Assembly: GCA_027532905.1 (NCBI GenBank)
Contig: JAPZUA010000001.1
Span: 147,565-211,564, forward strand
DNA length: 64,000 bases
Source of the DNA: Magnetospirillum sp.
GTDB taxonomy: Bacteria > Pseudomonadota > Alphaproteobacteria > CACIAM-22H2
Reading direction: 5' to 3'
In this document: positions 9,066 to 18,163 of the stretch, piece after piece
Layout of the letters: every line of letters begins with the position of its first letter
Numbering within the stretch: position 1 is the stretch's first letter
Notes under the pieces: model-generated
The model's database searches: none
What the model was told of the DNA's origin: nothing
What the model saw: the letters and a program-made list of their open reading frames with translations, nothing else
Program-made: the position numbers and the translations under genes

Positions 9066-9956
9066 TCAGAACTGCAGAAGAGCGAGCGCCAAGGCCGCGA
9101 CGACGCAGGCCATGGCTGCGATCTCGGCCCAGCCCAGCGCCTCGCCCAGCAGCAGGGCCGAACTCAGCACGCCCACGACCGGAACCGCGAGCGTGCCGAT
9201 CGACGCAAGGGATGCCGGCAAGATCTCGAGCACGCGATACCACGCCCAATGGCAGAAAATCATCGGTACGGTCGCCGCATAAACAAGCCCCACGAGCGAG
9301 GGCAGCGACGGCAGGCCATGCGCAAAACCCGAGCCGCCGCCCTCGAAAACCACCATGCCGATCAGGACTGGCACGCCGCCGATCGCCAATTGCCATGCTG
9401 TGAGCGCGACGGCCGACATTTCGAAGCGCATCGCCTTGACCGCAACCGTGCCCGCCCCCCAGCCGACCGCGGCCGCCAGCATCAAAACAAGTCCCAAGGG
9501 CGACTGCGCCAGCGTATCGCCTGCGGGCAGCGCCAACAGCCCGAGACCGGCAAGCCCGCACAGGAGTGCGCCGATCTTGCGGGCACTCAGCCGCTCGCCC
9601 AGCAGCAAGGCTCCCAGCAGCGACGCCCACAGCGGCATCGTGAATGCCACCAGCACGGCACGCCCGGCCGACATCACGACAAGCCCATAGGCCGAGGTCA
9701 CGTGCCAGATCGTGATGTTGAGGAACGACGCCGCCGCCAGCGCCAAAACCCGGCCGCGCGGCAAACGCAGATCGAGCCCGCGCAGATAGCCCACCGCAAA
9801 CAGCCCGGCGGCCCCCACGTAAAGACAGATCGTGCGGAAGGTCCATGGCCCGACCTCGGCAACGGCAAGCTTCATGGCCGGCCAATTGATGCCCCACAAC
9901 AGCGCCAGGGCGACCAACAGCCACAGGCCTTCACGCCGGGCGGCAAGACTGGTCAA
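9066..9956 (-). CDS. EamA/DMT family transporter
   Basis: 296 aa with 10 predicted TM helices and the two-EamA-repeat architecture. Confidence 0.7.
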   Translation of the reverse strand: MTSLAARREGLWLLVALALLWGINWPAMKLAVAEVGPWTFRTICLYVGAAGLFAVGYLRGLDLRLPRGRVLALAAASFLNITIWHVTSAYGLVVMSAGRAVLVAFTMPLWASLLGALLLGERLSARKIGALLCGLAGLGLLALPAGDTLAQSPLGLVLMLAAAVGWGAGTVAVKAMRFEMSAVALTAWQLAIGGVPVLIGMVVFEGGGSGFAHGLPSLPSLVGLVYAATVPMIFCHWAWYRVLEILPASLASIGTLAVPVVGVLSSALLLGEALGWAEIAAMACVVAALALALLQF

Positions 9957-9962
9957 AGCGGT

Positions 9963-10205
9963 CTAGGCGCTCTTGCGGATATCGAACACGAATACGCCGT
10001 CCTGCTCGACGAGCTTTTCGAGCGTGGCCCCGGTGTTGCGGCACAAGGCTTCGAAATCGCGCACCGCCCCCGGATCCGTCGCCAGCACCTGCAAGGCGGC
10101 CCCCGCAGGCAGGCCTGCCATCGCCTTTTTGGCGCGCAGCACCGGCAGCGGGCAGTTGAGGCCTTTAAGGTCGAGGATTGTTACCGACATTTGCCCATTT
10201 CCCAT
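9963..10205 (-). CDS. tusA: TusA-like sulfurtransferase
   Basis: LDLKGLNCPLPVL CPxP motif. About 75-80 aa. Start may be M1 (10205) or M6 (10190). Confidence 0.8.
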   Translation of the reverse strand: MGNGQMSVTILDLKGLNCPLPVLRAKKAMAGLPAGAALQVLATDPGAVRDFEALCRNTGATLEKLVEQDGVFVFDIRKSA

Positions 10206-10293
10206 TCGTTTGACCGGAGCCTACGGGTTGAATATGCACGCCCGCAAGCCCTACATTCGCATCCCTGCCTTGCCCCGGAAAGACCAGCGCGCA

Positions 10294-11397
10294 ATGTCCG
10301 ACCTGCCTGTCCATCAGCTAGTTGCCCTTCTCGGTTTTGGCCTTGGGGCGGCCTTCGGCGCCGTCGTGCAGCGCACCAATTTCTGCGCGATGGGCTCGGT
10401 TTCCGACATCGTTTATCTTGAGGATTGGGGCCGCTTTCGCGCCTGGCTGCTCGCGATCGCCGTTGCGATCGCAGGAACGACAGCACTCGACGCCGCAGGC
10501 CTTGTCGATCTCAGCAAGGCCATCTACGCCACTCCCAATCTCGGCTGGCTCGGCGCGATTGTCGGCGGGCTGCTGTTCGGCATCGGCATGACGCTCGCGA
10601 GCGGCTGCGGCAGCCGCAGCCTCGCAAGGCTCGGGGCCGGCAACCTCAAAAGCCTTATCGTCGTGCTCGTGCTCGGCGTCTTCGCCTACATGACCTTGCG
10701 CGGCCTCCTCGGTGCGGCACGCGTGGCCGCGATCGAGCCCACGAATCTCGATCTGCGCGCAGCGGGCCATTCGACGCAATTGCTGCCCGGTCTGCTCGCA
10801 GCATGGACAGGTCTTGATGCCGCCAGCGTGCAGCTTGGGCTGGGGGCATCCGTCGTGCTGACGCTTGTTTGGTTCTGCCTCAAAGACCGCAGCTTCCGCA
10901 CCGATGCGCGCAATCTCGTGTCGGGCGTGCTGATCGGTCTGCTGGTCGTGGCCGGGTGGACTGCGACCGGCATCGTCGGCAACGACGATTTCGAGCCCGT
11001 CCCGCTTGCCTCCTTCACCTTCGTGGCGCCCATCGGCGATGCGCTTGTCTATCTGATGACATGGACGGGTGCGAAGATCAGCTTCGGCGTCGCCAGCGTA
11101 TTCGGCGTTGTCGCGGGGGCGTTTGTGGCCGCACGGTTGAGCGGCGAATTCCGGGTCGAAGCTTTTGCCGGTACGGCCGATCTGCTGCGCCATCTCGCCG
11201 GAGCCGCAATGATGGGAACGGGCGGCGTGCTCGCCTTGGGCTGCACGGTCGGCCAAGGCATTACGGGGCTTTCGACCTTGGCCGTGGGCTCGGTTCTGGC
11301 GTTCGCGGCCCTCGTTGCCGGTGCCGTGCTCGGGCTCAAATATCTCGAGCATGGCGGCATCGTGGCCGCCCTCAAAGCGCTGACGGCGCGCGCGTGA
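10294..11397 (+). CDS. yeeE: YeeE/YedE family thiosulfate/sulfur transporter
   Basis: Two conserved Cys loops, MTLASGCGSRSL and LALGCTVGQGITG. Divergent from tusA (TsuA-TsuB pair). Confidence 0.8.
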   Translation: MSDLPVHQLVALLGFGLGAAFGAVVQRTNFCAMGSVSDIVYLEDWGRFRAWLLAIAVAIAGTTALDAAGLVDLSKAIYATPNLGWLGAIVGGLLFGIGMTLASGCGSRSLARLGAGNLKSLIVVLVLGVFAYMTLRGLLGAARVAAIEPTNLDLRAAGHSTQLLPGLLAAWTGLDAASVQLGLGASVVLTLVWFCLKDRSFRTDARNLVSGVLIGLLVVAGWTATGIVGNDDFEPVPLASFTFVAPIGDALVYLMTWTGAKISFGVASVFGVVAGAFVAARLSGEFRVEAFAGTADLLRHLAGAAMMGTGGVLALGCTVGQGITGLSTLAVGSVLAFAALVAGAVLGLKYLEHGGIVAALKALTARA

Positions 11398-11792
11398 CGG
11401 CTTCCCTCGCCGTCTCGATCAAGGGCGTGCTCGCGATCGACGGGCGCTTTTGCCTGCTGCGCAATGCGCGCAACGAATGGGAATTGCCGGGCGGCCGTCC
11501 GGAGCCGGACGAAGAACCGCAAGCCGCGTGCGTGCGCGAGATTGCCGAAGAGCTCGGCCTCGATGCCGAAATTTCGCACATCCTCGACAGCTGGCGCTAT
11601 CGCGTGCTGCCCGACCGCAACGTGCTGATCGTGACCTATGCCTGCCGTCCGCTCGCAGGCGTGCGCCCACGCACCAGCGACGAGCATGTCGAATACGGTC
11701 TGTTCGCCGCCGCCGAGATCGACGCGCTTGTCATGCCCGCAGGCTACAAGGCCTCGATCCGGCGCTATCTCGAATCGCCGCCGCGCGGTTAG
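11394..11792 (+). CDS. NUDIX hydrolase
   Basis: Nudix box GGRPEPDEEPQAACVREIAEELGL. GTG start overlaps the yeeE stop (GTGA). Confidence 0.65.
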   Translation: MTASLAVSIKGVLAIDGRFCLLRNARNEWELPGGRPEPDEEPQAACVREIAEELGLDAEISHILDSWRYRVLPDRNVLIVTYACRPLAGVRPRTSDEHVEYGLFAAAEIDALVMPAGYKASIRRYLESPPRG

Positions 11793-12811
11793 GGCGAAAT
11801 GCGGCGTTCGGGTGCGGGCGGCAGGAAAGCTTCGGTATAGACTTCTTCGGGCTTCACGCGGCCGGCCACGTTGTAGGCCTCGGCAACGGTCGCAACCGAT
11901 GCGGCCAACCGTGCGGCCGGAACCGCCGACAGGCCGTTGCGCTTGACGTTGTCGGTCAGCATCGTGAGGTCGCGCACCATCTCGAAACGCTCGAGTTCGA
12001 TCGCTTCGTTGAACAAAGGATCGCGCTGCTTGAGCTGCGCCATGCCGCCCTTGGGATCGGCAAGCGCGTCGCGCACGCCCGCGATCGATGCGCGCACGAA
12101 GCGGCGAACCGTCTCGGGATTGCGCGCGGCAAACGACTGGCTCACGATCAAGGCCGAGCCCAGCAAATCCACGCCGTAGTCGTTGTAGCGATAGACCATC
12201 AATTCGGAAGGCTGCACGCCCGCCATTTTGATGTTGAACACGCTCGTCGAGATGAACCCGGTGACACCGTCGACCTGGCGCTGGACGAGCAAGGTTTCGC
12301 GCAGCTGCGGCGTCACGGTCTGCCAATTGATGCGCGCAAGATCGATGCCTTGGGCGCGCGCGAAAGCCGGGAACAGCATGCGGCCCGCATCGGCCTCGGG
12401 CGCTGCGAGCTTCAGCCCTTCGAGCCCCTTGGGGTTTGCGACCGCGCCTTTGCGCAGGATCACGGCGGCAAGCGACTGGTCCATGACCAGCAGCACGCCT
12501 GTGATCTTGTCCGTGTTGGCGGGGTTGGCGTTGAACGGGATCACCGTGTTGAGATCGGCATAGCCGATATCGTACGCCCCCGACGCGACCTTGGTGACCG
12601 TATCGCCCGAGCCGAAGCCGCGATCCATCGACACGGCGAGGCCTTCGCGCGCGTAATGGCCCTTGTCGAGCGCCATCGTGAAAACGGCATGGTTGCCCTG
12701 CAGCGCCCAATCGAGCGCGAATTTGACGGGCGTTTGCGCTTGCGCGGAGGCGGCCGTTGCGGCGGCGGCGACGCAGAAGGCGGCGGCAAGCTTAGCGGTA
12801 CGTTTCAGCAT
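11789..12811 (-). CDS. ABC-type substrate-binding protein, NMT1/SsuA/TauA-like (aliphatic sulfonate/nitrate family)
   Basis: Signal peptide MLKRTAKLAAAFCVAAAATAASAQA. NMT1-like fold residues. No cognate permease or ATPase adjacent. Confidence 0.6.
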   Translation of the reverse strand: MLKRTAKLAAAFCVAAAATAASAQAQTPVKFALDWALQGNHAVFTMALDKGHYAREGLAVSMDRGFGSGDTVTKVASGAYDIGYADLNTVIPFNANPANTDKITGVLLVMDQSLAAVILRKGAVANPKGLEGLKLAAPEADAGRMLFPAFARAQGIDLARINWQTVTPQLRETLLVQRQVDGVTGFISTSVFNIKMAGVQPSELMVYRYNDYGVDLLGSALIVSQSFAARNPETVRRFVRASIAGVRDALADPKGGMAQLKQRDPLFNEAIELERFEMVRDLTMLTDNVKRNGLSAVPAARLAASVATVAEAYNVAGRVKPEEVYTEAFLPPAPERRISP

Positions 12812-12910
12812 CGAAAATCCCCCCGGATCGTGATGGCACTTGTGCGACACTGCCAGCCGCCTGCAGGAAGGTCAATCTGCGGTGCAGGGCTAGGGGAGCT
12901 CCATTCGCGC

Positions 12911-13492
12911 ATGGGTTTTGTCGAAGCATTTTGGGGTGGTTTTGCAAGCCTCGGCGGCCCGTCGCGACTGCCGCTGCTGCTGCCCTTTGCGGCGCTGCTG
13001 CGGCTGGCTGGCCCCCTGTCGCTGCGCGCAACTTCTGTGTGGGTCGTCGCCTTTTGCATCGGCTTTGCCGCCAGCCTTGGCGGGCTCGAATTTGCCGGCA
13101 TCGAAACCGCCCGCTTCTGGGGCTGGATCGTGCTGGCTGCAGGGCTCGGGCTTGCCGGCTTCGGCCTCGCCGCAACCGGGGCCTTCGGACAACCGCACCC
13201 GCCGGGACCAGCGATGGCAGCCCTCCTTGGCGCGTGCATGGCCTTCGGTGCCACGCCGTTTCGCGGGCCGGTCCTGCAGGCGACGGAAGCACTTGGTTTC
13301 TATGCGCTCGGCGCTTGCGTCGGCGCCTTAGCCGTGGCGGCGGCGTTGCGCCCGCTGTTGCACCGGGCCCCCTCGCCCGCATTCTGCGGCGTGGCGCTTA
13401 TGGCTGCGGGCGGGCTGATCGCGATGGGGGCCTATGCCGGGCTCGGCTTCTGGCTGATCGAGTGGATGCCGGCGCTTGCGCAACTCGGCTAA
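12911..13492 (+). CDS. Gly/Ala/Leu-rich integral membrane protein (possible CcdA/TauE-like)
   Basis: At least 5 hydrophobic helices. Lies between the binding-protein gene and fccAB. Caution: the frame is also open far upstream as an antisense artefact. Confidence 0.4.
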   Translation: MGFVEAFWGGFASLGGPSRLPLLLPFAALLRLAGPLSLRATSVWVVAFCIGFAASLGGLEFAGIETARFWGWIVLAAGLGLAGFGLAATGAFGQPHPPGPAMAALLGACMAFGATPFRGPVLQATEALGFYALGACVGALAVAAALRPLLHRAPSPAFCGVALMAAGGLIAMGAYAGLGFWLIEWMPALAQLG

Positions 13493-13623
13493 TGTCGGTG
13501 TTTAGTTCCTTTGCGTTGCGCGCGGCGGGCTGGTTGCGTCAAGAAAATCCGCAGCTTGCCCCTCGCGCAAGAGCGCCCTAGTTTGCCTCGCAAGAACACT
13601 TCCAAGCTGGAGAAATCGTCCGC

Positions 13624-13959
13624 ATGAAACCGCTTCTTTCCGCGCTGTTCGGTCTGGCTCTCGGTGCGGCAAGCCTGCCCGCCGCGGTTGCCGCCCAAAC
13701 GCCGCCCGCCCCCGCTGCTGCCGCCCCCGCTGCAGGCCGCGTGCTCGTCGCCACCTGCACCGGCTGTCACGGCCAGAACGGCAAGAGTGCGGGGGCAATT
13801 CCGACCCTCGCCGGACAGAGCGAAGCGCAGATCCGCCAGGCGATGCTCGACTACAAAAACGACCGCCGCGCGGGCACGATGATGAACCGCCACGCCAAAG
13901 GCTTCAGCGACGATGAGATCGGCGCCATCGCGCGCGAAATCGCGACGAATTGGCGCTAA
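13624..13959 (+). CDS. fccA: c-type cytochrome, flavocytochrome c cytochrome subunit (FccA/SoxE-like)
   Basis: Signal peptide, CTGCHG heme-binding site, about 110 aa. Confidence 0.8.
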   Translation: MKPLLSALFGLALGAASLPAAVAAQTPPAPAAAAPAAGRVLVATCTGCHGQNGKSAGAIPTLAGQSEAQIRQAMLDYKNDRRAGTMMNRHAKGFSDDEIGAIAREIATNWR

Positions 13960-13973
13960 GGGAGATCGCACAC

Positions 13974-15278
13974 ATGGCTCAATTCAAACTCTCGCGGCGC
14001 GCGTTCGGCGCCTCGCTCCTCGCATCGAGTGCCTTGTCGGCCTGCGCCATCCGCACCGAGCCTGCACCCAAGGCCCGCGTGGTGGTCGTGGGCGGCGGCT
14101 TCGGCGGGGCAACCGCCGCCAAGTTCCTGCGCCTGGAGGATCCGGGCATTGCGGTCACACTCGTCGAACCCAAATCCGAATTCCAGACCTGCCCGTTTTC
14201 GAACTACGTGCTGTCCGGCTTCAAGACGATGGCCGATATCACGCACAATTATTCGGCCCTCACAGGTACGCATGGCGTGCGCCATATCCGCGAGACGGCC
14301 GTGGCGATCGATGCGGCTGCCAAAACCGTGCGCACAAGCGGCGGCCAGACGCTTGCCTACGACAAGCTCGTGCTGTCGCCCGGCATCGAGATCCGCTACG
14401 GCGCCCTCGAGGGCTACGATGCAGCCGCTGCCGAGCGCATGCCGCACGCGTGGGCCGCAGGGGCACAGACGGTGCTGCTGCGCCGCCAACTCGAAGCCAT
14501 GCCGGATGGCGGGACGGTCGTGCTGTCGATCCCGGCCAACCCGTTCCGCTGCCCGCCGGGCCCGTACGAACGCATCGCGATGATCGCGCACTATCTCAAA
14601 ACGACGAAACCGCGCTCGAAGATTCTCGCCCTCGACGCCAAGGACGCGTTCTCCAAGCAGGGGCTGTTCCAGGACGGCTGGCAGAGCCAATACGGCGCTA
14701 TGATCGAGTGGGTGCCGCTCGGCAAAGATGGTAAAGTCGTGCGCGTCGATCCGGCAGCGCTCACGCTGACGTCCGAGTTCGGCGAAGTGCACAAAGCCTC
14801 GGTCGCCAACGTGATCCCGCCGCAATCGGCGGGCCGCATTGCGGTCGCAAGCGGCCTTGCAGCGACCGAGGGTGCGCTTGCCGGCTGGTGCCCGGTCGAT
14901 CCGTTCACGTTCGAATCGACGCGCGCCAAAGACATCCACGTGATCGGCGACGCGGCGATCGCGGGGGCTATGCCAAAATCGGGTTTCGCAGCCTCGAGCC
15001 AGGCAAAGTTCGTCGCACAAGCCATCGGCGCGCAGGTGAACGGCCGCCCGGTGCCGACGGCCGTGTTCGCGAATACGTGCTACTCGCTGATCACGCCCGA
15101 TTATGGCATCTCGGTCGCAGACGTGTATCGCCCGACCGCCCAAGGCATTGTAGCCGTCCAAGGTGCGGGCGGCGTGAGCCCGCGCACGCCGGCAGACGCA
15201 GCCAATTTCCGCGCTCAGGAAGCGCACTATGCGGAAGGCTGGTACGCCTCGACGACGAAGGAAACCTGGGGCAGCTGA
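13974..15278 (+). CDS. fccB: flavocytochrome c sulfide dehydrogenase flavoprotein subunit (FccB/SoxF-like)
   Basis: Tat signal SRRAFGASLLASSALSA, FAD-binding VVVVGGGFGG, and full-length similarity to FCSD flavoproteins. Confidence 0.8.
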   Translation: MAQFKLSRRAFGASLLASSALSACAIRTEPAPKARVVVVGGGFGGATAAKFLRLEDPGIAVTLVEPKSEFQTCPFSNYVLSGFKTMADITHNYSALTGTHGVRHIRETAVAIDAAAKTVRTSGGQTLAYDKLVLSPGIEIRYGALEGYDAAAAERMPHAWAAGAQTVLLRRQLEAMPDGGTVVLSIPANPFRCPPGPYERIAMIAHYLKTTKPRSKILALDAKDAFSKQGLFQDGWQSQYGAMIEWVPLGKDGKVVRVDPAALTLTSEFGEVHKASVANVIPPQSAGRIAVASGLAATEGALAGWCPVDPFTFESTRAKDIHVIGDAAIAGAMPKSGFAASSQAKFVAQAIGAQVNGRPVPTAVFANTCYSLITPDYGISVADVYRPTAQGIVAVQGAGGVSPRTPADAANFRAQEAHYAEGWYASTTKETWGS

Positions 15279-15344
15279 CAGCGCCCCCGATCCCGAAAAG
15301 CATGCAGCCATAGGCCGAGCATCTTTGGACTTGGCGCAAGCCTT

Positions 15345-15377
15345 CCCGCCTGCTTGGATGGTGTCCAAACAGGCGGG
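15345..15377. promoter_or_regulatory. nested inverted repeat between fccB and the SDR gene
   Basis: CCCGCCTG-cTTGGAtggtgTCCAAa-CAGGCGGG, 11 nt upstream of the SDR start codon. Confidence 0.4.
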
Positions 15378-15388
15378 GAGAAACGGCC

Positions 15389-16141
15389 ATGAACAAGATC
15401 GATCTCGGCGGCAAGCGGGCCGTCGTCACGGGCGGTGCGCGCGGCATCGGACTCGCCATCGCCGAGCGGTTTCTGGCTTCGGGTGCCGACGTCGCTCTCT
15501 GGGACCGCGATCCGGCCGCCATCGACGCGGCCGCCAAGCGCCTTGCCGCCGGCAAACGCGTGACGGGGGTGGCGGTCGATGTCGCCGACGAAGCCACCAT
15601 CGCTGCCGCAATCGCCGCCACGGTGGGCGCACTGGGCGGCATCGACATCCTCGTCAACAATGCCGGCATCACCGGCCCCAACGCGCCGACTTGGGAATAT
15701 CCGGTTGCGGACTGGAAGCGCGTGATCGACGTCGATCTCACGGGACCGTTTTTGTGCAGCCGTGCGGCCATCCCCGTCATGCTCGAAGGCGGCTGGGGGC
15801 GCATCGTCAACATCGCCTCGGTCGCGGGCAAAGAGGGCAATCCGAACGCGCCCGCCTATTCGGCCGCCAAGGCCGGCCTCATCGCGCTCACGAAGTCGAT
15901 GGGCAAGGAGCTTGCGAAGTCGAACGTGCTCGTGAACTGCATCACGCCGGCCGTGGCCGACACCGACATCCTCAAGCAGATGAGCGAAGCGCACGTCGCC
16001 TACATGCTCGGCAAAATCCCGATGGGGCGCTTCGTTCAGATCGGCGAGATCGCGGCGATGGCGGCTTGGCTCGCCTCGCCCGAATGCTCCTTCACCACCG
16101 GCGGCGTGTTCGACATCACCGGCGGGCGCAGCACCTATTGA
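15389..16141 (+). CDS. SDR family oxidoreductase (FabG-like)
   Basis: TGGARGIGLAIA Rossmann motif, NNAG, and YSAAK catalytic Tyr-Lys. Confidence 0.85.
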   Translation: MNKIDLGGKRAVVTGGARGIGLAIAERFLASGADVALWDRDPAAIDAAAKRLAAGKRVTGVAVDVADEATIAAAIAATVGALGGIDILVNNAGITGPNAPTWEYPVADWKRVIDVDLTGPFLCSRAAIPVMLEGGWGRIVNIASVAGKEGNPNAPAYSAAKAGLIALTKSMGKELAKSNVLVNCITPAVADTDILKQMSEAHVAYMLGKIPMGRFVQIGEIAAMAAWLASPECSFTTGGVFDITGGRSTY

Positions 16142-17010
16142 GACTTGAGCTTGGCGGCGAGAAATTCGAGCACGTCCGGAAAGGCGGCCGCCCACGTGCC
16201 CCAATCGTGGTCGCCTTCGGTGACGGCACTCGTCACCGCAAGTCCGGCGGCCTTGAGGCGCAATTCGATCACGTCCTGCTCTTCAGCAAGGCGAAACCGG
16301 TCGCCGCGGCTTGCGGTCAGATAGAGTGCCGGGCGCGGCGCATCGGCCGCAAGACGGCGAGCAGTCTGCTCGGGATCGCGCGCGACGAAAAATTTGGGAT
16401 CGAAGGGTTCGCCGAAAGCACCCGAGAACACGCGCGCGAGGCGCGCTGACATCGTTTCGTCGATCGTGGTGTCGGGCTTGATGCGGGTCCAGAACGCCCC
16501 GCTCATCGAGGCGGCGGCAATGTAGCGCTCGGGATAGGCAAGGGCGATGCGCACCGCGCCGAAACCGCCCATCGAATTACCGGCGATGGCACGGCCCTCG
16601 CGATCGCGGCGCACGTCGAAATTCCGTTCCACGTCGGCCGCAAGATCGCGCACGATCGCCGTTTCGGCCGCCATTGCGGGTCCGTCCACGTACCAGCCAT
16701 TGCCGGTATCGGGCAGCACGATCATCAGGGGCGGAATGCGCCGCTCGGCCACGAGCCGGTCGAGCGTTTCGGCGACTTGGCCCAGCCGCAGCCATTCGGC
16801 GGCCGAACTGTCGCGCCCGTGCAAAAGATAGACGACCGGAAGCGTTCCTTGGGCCTTGTCGGGCCGCACGATCGAATAGTTCGCCTGCCGCCCGAGCGCC
16901 GCACTGTTGTAGTGCCGATCGACCGCGACCTCGCTTGCGCTCGCGGCGTGTGCAAACGCAAACAAAACGGCCAGCGCAAAAGCGCTAATCTTCGAACGGC
17001 AAGCCAACAT
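16135..17010 (-). CDS. putative esterase (esterase D / enterochelin-esterase-like alpha/beta hydrolase) with signal peptide
   Basis: GNSMGG nucleophile elbow, LHGRDSS. Start at M21 (MLACRSKISAFALAVLFAFAHAASA). Last gene of the pcaB-pcaL-pobA operon. Confidence 0.6.
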   Translation of the reverse strand: MLACRSKISAFALAVLFAFAHAASASEVAVDRHYNSAALGRQANYSIVRPDKAQGTLPVVYLLHGRDSSAAEWLRLGQVAETLDRLVAERRIPPLMIVLPDTGNGWYVDGPAMAAETAIVRDLAADVERNFDVRRDREGRAIAGNSMGGFGAVRIALAYPERYIAAASMSGAFWTRIKPDTTIDETMSARLARVFSGAFGEPFDPKFFVARDPEQTARRLAADAPRPALYLTASRGDRFRLAEEQDVIELRLKAAGLAVTSAVTEGDHDWGTWAAAFPDVLEFLAAKLKSQ

Positions 17011-18163
17011 AGTTCTCCGCCAAACTCGCCAGTGCGGCACGCGAAGATACCAGATATTCGAGATCCGCAAACTGCCGACGCTCGTCGAACGGCGTTTCGT
17101 CGCCGAATTTGTGCAGGAGCGACGTCATCCACCACGAAAAACGCTGCGCCTTCCAAATGCGGCGCAGCGCCGTGGTCGAATAGGCGTCGAGCTTCGTGCC
17201 GTCGCCGCGTTTGATCTGGGCTTCGAGGGCGCGGGCGAGCAGCCGCACGTCGCCGATCGCGAGGTTCATGCCCTTGGCACCCGTCGGCGGCACGATGTGC
17301 GCGGCATCGCCCGCCAGAAACAGCCGCCCGCTCTGCATCGGCTCGGTCACGAAGCTGCGCATCGCCGTGATGCCCTTCTGCAGCATCGGTCCCTCGGTCG
17401 CAAGCCCGCCCAGGCGGCGCTTGAGCTCGGCCCAGATGCGCGCGTCGGGCCAGTTGGCGATGGCGTCGTCCGGCTCGCACTGAAGATAGAGGCGGCTGAT
17501 TTCGGGCGAGCGCATCGAGAGCAGCGCAAACCCGTCGGCATGGCGGGCATAGACGAGCTCTTCGCACGCCGGTGGCGCCTTGGCGAGAATGCCGAGCCAG
17601 CCGAACGGATATTGACGGTCAAAAAAACGCAACTCGCCTGCAGGCACCGTCGGGCGCGCAATGCCGTGGAACCCGTCGCAGCCAGCAACAAAATCGCACA
17701 CGAGTTTTTTGCTCTGCCCCTGCTCGACGAAATGCAGTTCGGGTGCAGTAGCCTTGAAATCGTGGATGGCGACATCCTTGACGTCGAAGCGCACATCGCC
17801 GCCCGCCGCAAGGCGCGCCGCAATCAGATCCTTCACAACCTCATGCTGGCCGTAGACAGTGACGGCCTTGCCGTCGGTAAGATCGGCCAAATCGATGCGA
17901 TGGTTCACCCCGTGGAAATGCAGATTGACGCCCGTATGGCGCAGACCCTCGCGGCGCAGGCGCGCGCCCACACCCGCATCTTCGAGCAAGGCGGCAGCCC
18001 CGTGTTCGATGACGCCCGCACGGATGCGCTCTTCGACATAGCTGCGCGTGCGGTCTTCGAGCACGACCGACTCGATCCCTGAAAGATGCAGCAGATGCGA
18101 CAGCAGAAGCCCCGAGGGCCCCGCCCCCACGATGCCGACCTGCGTGCGCAACGTCGCGGTCAT
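16985..18163 (-). CDS. pobA: 4-hydroxybenzoate 3-monooxygenase
   Basis: Aligns end to end with Pseudomonas PobA (VGIVGAGPSGLLL..., AGCDGFHGI, GRLFLAGDAAHIVPPTGAKG, ENYVGLP). ATGA overlap with the pcaL stop. Confidence 0.9.
   Translation of the reverse strand: MTATLRTQVGIVGAGPSGLLLSHLLHLSGIESVVLEDRTRSYVEERIRAGVIEHGAAALLEDAGVGARLRREGLRHTGVNLHFHGVNHRIDLADLTDGKAVTVYGQHEVVKDLIAARLAAGGDVRFDVKDVAIHDFKATAPELHFVEQGQSKKLVCDFVAGCDGFHGIARPTVPAGELRFFDRQYPFGWLGILAKAPPACEELVYARHADGFALLSMRSPEISRLYLQCEPDDAIANWPDARIWAELKRRLGGLATEGPMLQKGITAMRSFVTEPMQSGRLFLAGDAAHIVPPTGAKGMNLAIGDVRLLARALEAQIKRGDGTKLDAYSTTALRRIWKAQRFSWWMTSLLHKFGDETPFDERRQFADLEYLVSSRAALASLAENYVGLPFED

Noticed and set aside
11450-13492. 680-aa plus-strand ORF
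   Set aside because: Only the last 193 codons (12911-13492) lie in intergenic space. The rest is antisense to the NUDIX and binding-protein genes.
13956-15368. 470-aa minus-strand ORF
   Set aside because: Antisense to fccB, which has clear Tat and FAD motifs.
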